A DNA stretch of 33,347 nucleotides from a bacterium (GTDB lineage Bacteria; UBA9089; CG2-30-40-21). The first letter of the stretch is position 1, and each line of letters starts with the position of its first letter. The position numbers were made by a program, and so were the translations under genes. The notes beneath the pieces are model-generated. The model did not search any database. It worked only from the letters and a program-made list of their open reading frames with translations, and was not told the DNA's origin. The stretch spans positions 1 to 33,347 of the forward strand of contig JASEHA010000002.1 in NCBI GenBank assembly GCA_030018795.1, in the 5' to 3' direction. Below, one piece after another: positions 30,601-33,347 of this stretch.

Positions 30601-33347
30601 GAAGTAGATACTCAAGTGTTTGGCAAGACAACCATCACAGCTAAGGGCATAATGAGTGCAGAAAATACCTTCTTTATCAAGCAGGATATTGCCTCTGTAA
30701 TGCCAAACAAGGGTACAGTAGGAACAGTTGTTTCTATTACTGGTACAGGCTATGCAGCAAGTAATAGTATTACTGTCATGTTTGGAACAAATATCAGTAT
30801 TCAACAGGCAGCAAGTGATGAGAAGGGATACTTTGAGGCAGTGTTTACTGTTGATATTCAAGTGTTTGGGACAACAACGATTACAGCTGCAAGTGCTAAG
30901 AATACATTCTTTATTATCCCGGATGTTTATCTGGTAAGTCCTACAATCGGTACAGTAGGGAGTATGGTTGAGATTCGTGGGACAGGCTATAAGCAAAATG
31001 ATAATGTAAATATCAGCTTTGGGACAACAGCAAGTATTCAAACCAAACTTGCGGATGTTAAGGGCTGGTTCAAGACAACCTTTACTGTGGATACTCAAGT
31101 CTATGGTCTGACAACTATTCGTGCTACAGGTATTGATACAGCTGTAAATAGCTTCTTTGTTGAACCGGCAATATACTCAGTCAGACCGACCTCAGGCTCT
31201 GTGGGTACAATTGTTACCATAAAGGGTACAGGGTATATGTCCTTAGATACCCTGACAGTGATGTTTGGCAACAATCCAAACATCAAGATGGATGCAGCAG
31301 GGGCTAATGGCTCGCTTGAGACAACCTTTGCGGTGGATACTCAAGCACTTGGCACAACAACGATTACTGTCAAGGGTACATTTGGTCAGGCTTCAAATGT
31401 GTTCAATATTGTAGCAACAATCAATATCAGTCCAACTATTGGTACTGTAGGTACAATTGTAAGCATTCAGGGTGATGGGTTCAAGGCAAACAGCCTGGTA
31501 AGGATTGGCTTTGGTAATGTAACAACTATAACCACGATAATGAGTGACCCAGCAGGTGCCTTTAGCGGGACATTTGTGGTGGATACTCAAGGCTTTGGAC
31601 AAAAGGTTGTCTCTGCTCTGGCTAAAGGCTATGCAGAGGAGACATTCTCTATTATTCCTGAACTGTATTTAGTATCACCGTCAAAGGGCAGTGTTGGCAC
31701 AGTAGTTGAGATACGTGGTACTGGTTATGATGTTATGGATGATATAACCATAGCCTTTGGGACAACACTGGGGATTACAAGTACAGTTGCAGATACACGA
31801 GGTTATTTCAGCACAATATGGACAGTGGATACACAAGGTTATGGGACAACAACGATTGTTGCCAGCGGTGTGGGTGTGGCAAGCAACGTATTCTTCATCT
31901 TGCCGCAGGTATACAGTGTGCTGCCGACATTTGGCACGGTTGGCACAATAGTTACTGTCAGTGGCACAGGTTATGCGGCAGGAGACATTATAACCGTTGG
32001 CTTTGGCACAAAAGCTAATATTCAGCAGGCAACAGCTGATATTTACGGATGGTTCTCTACAGCGTTTACGATTGATACGCAAAAGTATGGGACAACGACC
32101 ATTACTGCTACAGGCATAGCTGTAGCATACAACAGGTTCTATGTTTTGCCAGAGGTATACAGCGTATTACCAACATCTGGCACAGTTGGTACAATGGTAA
32201 CCATTCGTGGTACAGGTTATGCAGTAAGCGACAGGATAACCGTAGCCTTTGGCACAAATGCCAATATTCAGCAGGCAACAGCAAGTGTTCATGGGTCATG
32301 GACAGTGGCATTTACGGTTGATGTGCAGATGTATGGGACTACAACGATTAGTGCCAGTGGTGTGAGTGTGGCAAGCAATGTGTTCTACATCTTGCCAGAG
32401 GTATACAGCGTGGTACCAACACTTGGTACGGTTGGCACACTGGTAACCATACAGGGCACAGGCTATGCAGCAGGCGACAATATCACCATTGGCTTTGGCA
32501 CCAATGCCAGCATTCAAACGGCAGTGGCAAGTGTCCATGGGTCATTCACAGTAGTGTGGACAGTTGATACTCAAAGTTATGGCACAACAACCATCACGGC
32601 TGCAGGAATAGCCACAGCGTACAACAGGTTCTATATCCTGCCAGAGGTATACAGCGTACTGCCAATATCTGGCACGGTTGGCACGATAGTTACTGTCAGC
32701 GGTACAGGCTATGCGGCAGGAGACATTATAACCGTTGGCTTTGGCACCAATGCCAGCATTCAGACGGCAATGGCAGGTGTGTATGGGTCATTCACGGCTG
32801 TGTGGACAGTTGATACTCAAAGCTATGGCACAACAACCATTACCGTTGCAGGTATCGCCACAGCGTACAACAGGTTTGTTATTCTGCCAGAGGTATACAG
32901 AGTGCTGCCGACATCTGGCACGGTTGGCACAATCGTTACTGTCAATGGTACGGGTTATGCCGCAAACGACAGTATAACCGTTGGCTTTGGCACAAATGCC
33001 AATATTCAGACAGCAGCAGCAGATACACGCGGCTGGTTCAGCACAACATGGACAGTTGATACTCAAGCGTATGGGACAACAACCATTACTGCAACGGGTG
33101 CCAGTGTTGTTGCAGGCAATACATTCTACATCGAGCCGCAGGTTGTCAGCGTGCTGCCAGCAGAAGGCACGGTTGGGACAGTGGTAACCATCAGTGGTAC
33201 AGGCTATGCCGCAGGTGATAGTATAACTGTCAGCTTTGGCACAAATGCTGCTATTCAGACAGCGATAGCAGGTACATACGGATCATTTACTGCAGTGTGG
33301 ATAGTTGATACTCAAAGCTATGGCACAACAACCATTACCGTTGCAGG
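1..33347 (+). CDS. Internal fragment (5' and 3' partial) of a giant tandem-repeat protein, probably extracellular or cell-surface. At least 11,115 codons, composed entirely of IPT/TIG-like Ig-fold modules.
   Basis: Manual frame +1 translation of nt 1-33345 gave no TAA, TAG or TGA. The repeat motif is in the same register at nt 1 (GTNASIQQAATGQYGSFTTSWTVDVQAYGTTTV), nt 15001 (TGYAAGDGITIAFGTNNNIK) and nt 33241 (TNAAIQTAIAGTYGSFTAVWIVDTQSYGTTTITVA). All module lengths are multiples of 3. The supplied ORF track has no frame-1 + strand entry, as expected for an ORF with no stop in the window. All listed ORFs are 216 aa or shorter and lie in other frames. No start-proximal or C-terminal non-repeat sequence is present, so both ends are outside the window. 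Confidence 0.9.
1174..3720 (+). repeat. Sub-block A1: 10 consecutive homogeneous modules of 255-258 nt. The signature is 'VDTQ-x-Y-A-T-K/R' with linker 'TGV-x-TQH-x-AANTFYITP(E/Q)VVSVTP'.
   Basis: Pro positions are 1192, 1447, 1702, 1957, 2215, 2473, 2728, 2983, 3238 and 3493. Motifs SYATKSVKATG, SYATKSIKATG, RYATRTITATG, RYATTTVMATG, AYATKTITAIG and IYATKTITALG occur here, whereas YGT is used almost everywhere else. Confidence 0.7.
4243..4554 (+). repeat. Outlier module of 104 codons, the longest in the window. It has two loop insertions and lacks the VDTQxYG motif.
   Basis: Translation: VYLISPSRGTIGTPIIIKGDGWEPTLNYPNIYPNTVWIEVDFGSHVWRGIDPDTGISPRTSELGTFTAMIDDAGSQPGGSISVTVSEADNPTLMVKVPFYIEGE. 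Pro-to-Pro spacing is 312 nt (4258 to 4570), against about 255 nt in neighbouring modules. Confidence 0.7.
5074..5625 (+). repeat. Two adjacent extended modules of 92 codons each.
   Basis: The Pro spacing 5089-5365-5641 is 276 nt twice. The first module has an extended linker (RAKNYNVEQYNWAIDDDYFFIKANIATAV). The second has an insertion before the F-strand (ASFETGYYGDGGTFATTFTVDMQ). Confidence 0.65.
9439..19686 (+). repeat. Zone B1: 41 modules, mostly 246/249 nt, dominated by 'GTGYAA-x-D-x-ITIAFGTN-x-x-IQ-x-A-x-(A/G)-x-Y-G-S-(W/F)-T-T-x-(W/F)-TVDTQ' with linker 'FFIQPQVVSV-x-P'. A few other subtypes are interspersed.
   Basis: Examples: VVSVSPNSGTVGTVVIITGTGYAASDSVTVAFGTNNNIQQAVASEYGSWTTMFTVNVQVYGTTTITASG (about 10957) and VTSVLPTTGTVGTVVAVTGTGYAAGDGITIAFGTNNNIKQAVASQYGSWTTTFTVDTQRVGTTTITASG (about 14944). 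Pro spacing is 246-252 nt throughout, apart from the trio at 15694-16458. Confidence 0.7.
15694..16458 (+). repeat. Three zone-A-like modules embedded in zone B1. The first lacks the VDTQxYG motif.
   Basis: Module at 15694: IIGIYPTAGAIGLLVTIKGDGYRAGRTVNISFGTIGILTTTTVAASGEFTAFFVIPDDSVGPKTVTAADG. The next two carry the zone-A signatures GNGYGGNETIRIDFGQT and ADGYGSNELIRIQLGTS, with spacings of 255 and 261 nt. Confidence 0.6.
19687..31908 (+). repeat. Zone B2: 49 modules, mostly 252 nt. The type is 'x-(I/V)-Y-x-V-x-P-x-x-G-T-V-G-x-x-V-E-(V/I)-(K/R)-G-x-G-Y ... F-G-(N/T) ... (A/T)-D-x-(R/K/N)-G-(Y/W/F)-F-x-T-x-F-x-V-D-T-Q'.
   Basis: Examples: IYSVTPVSGSVGTVVEVKGSGYAATDSITIDFGNNGRIQTAIANGNGYFTASFTVDTQGYGTTTITASG (about 29446) and VYRVSPVKGTVGSQVEVRGTGYVSGDTIRVDLGKTWNIQSSTADSAGRFQTSLVVDVQAYGSTTVRATG (about 25192). 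Runs of exactly 252-nt spacing occur at 24199-25711 and 26950-27706. Confidence 0.7.
26191..31662 (+). repeat. Higher-order block in which a distinct 'punctuation' module subtype recurs at exactly every 7th module (modules 104, 111, 118 and 125 of my count).
   Basis: Punctuation modules start near 26191 (AIVGGIILQPARGTVGCVVGISGTGFTANSNVRIDFG), 27940 (TITGGIIISPSIGTIGKVVEVKGSGFGGEDVISVSFG), 29695 (MIVGGIMVTPTSGTVGTNVYVEGTGFDVNEPVNIDFG) and 31417 (NIVATINISPTIGTVGTIVSIQGDGFKANSLVRIGFG). Spacings are 1749, 1755 and 1722 nt. The six modules between each pair mostly use the Pro-type linker (F-x-I-x-P-x-x-Y-x-V-x-P, with a few lacking the first Pro) and all use G-x-G-Y, except that module 110 (about 27691) has G-A-G-F. 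Confidence 0.6.
31909..33347 (+). repeat. 3' terminal block of six B1-type modules of 246/249 nt, the last one truncated. Long identical nucleotide tracts are shared between copies.
   Basis: Modules read LPTSGTVGTMVTIRGTGYAVSDRITVAFGTNANIQQATASVHGSWTVAFTVDVQMYGTTTISASG, LPISGTVGTIVTVSGTGYAAGDIITVGFGTNASIQTAMAGVYGSFTAVWTVDTQSYGTTTITVAGIATAYNRF, and so on. Pro codons sit at 31924, 32170, 32416, 32662, 32908 and 33157. Confidence 0.75.

Larger units (their letters stand above)
1..33347 (+). repeat. Coding tandem array of about 133 diverged modules: 1 5'-truncated, 131 complete, 1 3'-truncated. The mean period is about 252 nt.
   Basis: I located the conserved Pro codon of the P-x-x-G-x-V-G motif 132 times. 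Examples are 166, 412, 682, 937, 1192, 1447 ... 32662, 32908, 33157. Successive spacings all fall between 237 and 312 nt, mostly 246, 249, 252 or 255. From nt 166 to 33157 is 32,991 nt over 131 intervals. Individual positions may be off by one codon. Confidence 0.88.

Noticed and set aside
18-33066. All minus-strand ORFs in the supplied track, for example 30448-31098 (216 aa), 9085-9684 (199 aa), 1147-1653 (168 aa), 8377-8853 (158 aa) and 7152-7559 (135 aa).
   Set aside because: They are antisense shadows of the giant + strand ORF. They are short and interrupted. Their products are either Cys/His/Asn/Leu-rich low-complexity strings or mirror images of the sense repeat (for example ...VPTLPCVGTTLT...). 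The longest is 216 aa, against 11,115 open codons on the opposite strand. No independent start context or conserved domain pattern is visible.
14838-33187. Plus-strand ORFs in frames 2 and 3, for example 16664-17041 (125 aa), 16400-16654, 32735-32977 and 32981-33187.
   Set aside because: They lie completely inside the frame-1 ORF. Their sequences are Leu/Gln/Arg-rich and repeat with the same period (QQRLLP..., LILK.LGQQ...), which is the off-frame reading of the module. They appear only in the GC-richer blocks, where off-frame stops are depleted. There is no evidence for overlapping genes.
1-33347. CRISPR array or non-coding satellite, as an explanation for the regular 246-255-nt periodicity.
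   Set aside because: There are no short (about 28-37 nt) near-identical direct repeats alternating with unique spacers. Repeat units are diverged along their whole length. Every unit length is a multiple of 3, and one reading frame stays open throughout. The periodicity is therefore protein-coding.
1-33347. Assignment to well-known giant-adhesin repeat families (RTX nonapeptides, cadherin-like, haemagglutinin or beta-helix, VCBS, collagen-like).
   Set aside because: I found no GGxGxD nonapeptide runs, no G-x-y triplet repeats, no cadherin DxNDN/DxD sets and no beta-helix-like short periodicity. Only a single D-x-D-x-G occurs, at about 4393. The pattern fits an IPT/TIG-like Ig module instead.
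1-33347. Diversity-generating retroelement target, phase-variable simple-sequence tracts, or inserted mobile elements (IS, transposase, integrase or prophage genes).
   Set aside because: There is no reverse transcriptase or template-repeat/variable-repeat pair with adenine-specific differences. There are no long homopolymer or short tandem nucleotide tracts. No non-repeat coding sequence exists anywhere in the window that could encode a mobility gene.
1-33347. The whole array as a pure assembly artefact (a repeat-induced concatemer).
   Set aside because: Most module pairs are clearly diverged at the DNA level, typically with many synonymous differences. Blocks have distinct signatures and unique outlier modules, and the frame is never broken. 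This is not what collapsed or looped assemblies look like. Local mis-joins cannot be excluded in the regions with identical tracts of 35 nt or more (13.4-13.8 kb and 31.9-33.3 kb), so this remains a caveat rather than an explanation.
1-33347. tRNA, rRNA, ncRNA, promoter, RBS or terminator features.
   Set aside because: There are no intergenic segments in the window. I saw nothing resembling rRNA or tRNA sequence, and no stem-loop plus T-tract outside coding context that I could support by eye.

Overview
The whole 33,347-nt window lies inside one giant + strand ORF in frame 1. I translated all 11,115 codons by eye and met no stop codon. The same repeat motif is in register at nt 1, nt 15001 and nt 33241, so both the start and the end of the gene lie outside the window. 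The ORF consists only of about 133 tandem, diverged copies of one beta-sandwich module. Modules are 79-104 codons long, mostly 82-85 codons (246-255 nt). The sequence pattern fits an IPT/TIG-like Ig fold: P-x-x-G-x-V-G-T-x-V-T-I-x-G-x-G-Y/F ... (I/V)-x-(I/V)-x-F-G ... F-T-V-D-T-Q-x-Y-G-T-T-T-I-x-A-x-G ... F-F-I-x-P. The array is a mosaic. A short 'YGSW/F' block (1-660) is followed by 34 modules with a 255-nt period (661-9438). Then come 41 mostly 246/249-nt 'YGSW/F' modules (9439-19686), 49 mostly 252-nt 'D-x-R/K-G-Y-F' modules (19687-31908), and a return of the first type (31909-end). Several things stand out: outlier modules with insertions, a 'punctuation' module subtype that recurs every 7th module near the 3' end, a mix of old synonymously diverged copies and locally identical tracts, and GC heterogeneity between blocks. 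I can support no RNA genes, CRISPR arrays, mobile elements, promoters or terminators. Every ORF in the supplied track is an antisense or off-frame shadow of the giant ORF. The taxon and the secretion or anchoring mode cannot be determined from this window, because no non-repeat domain is present.
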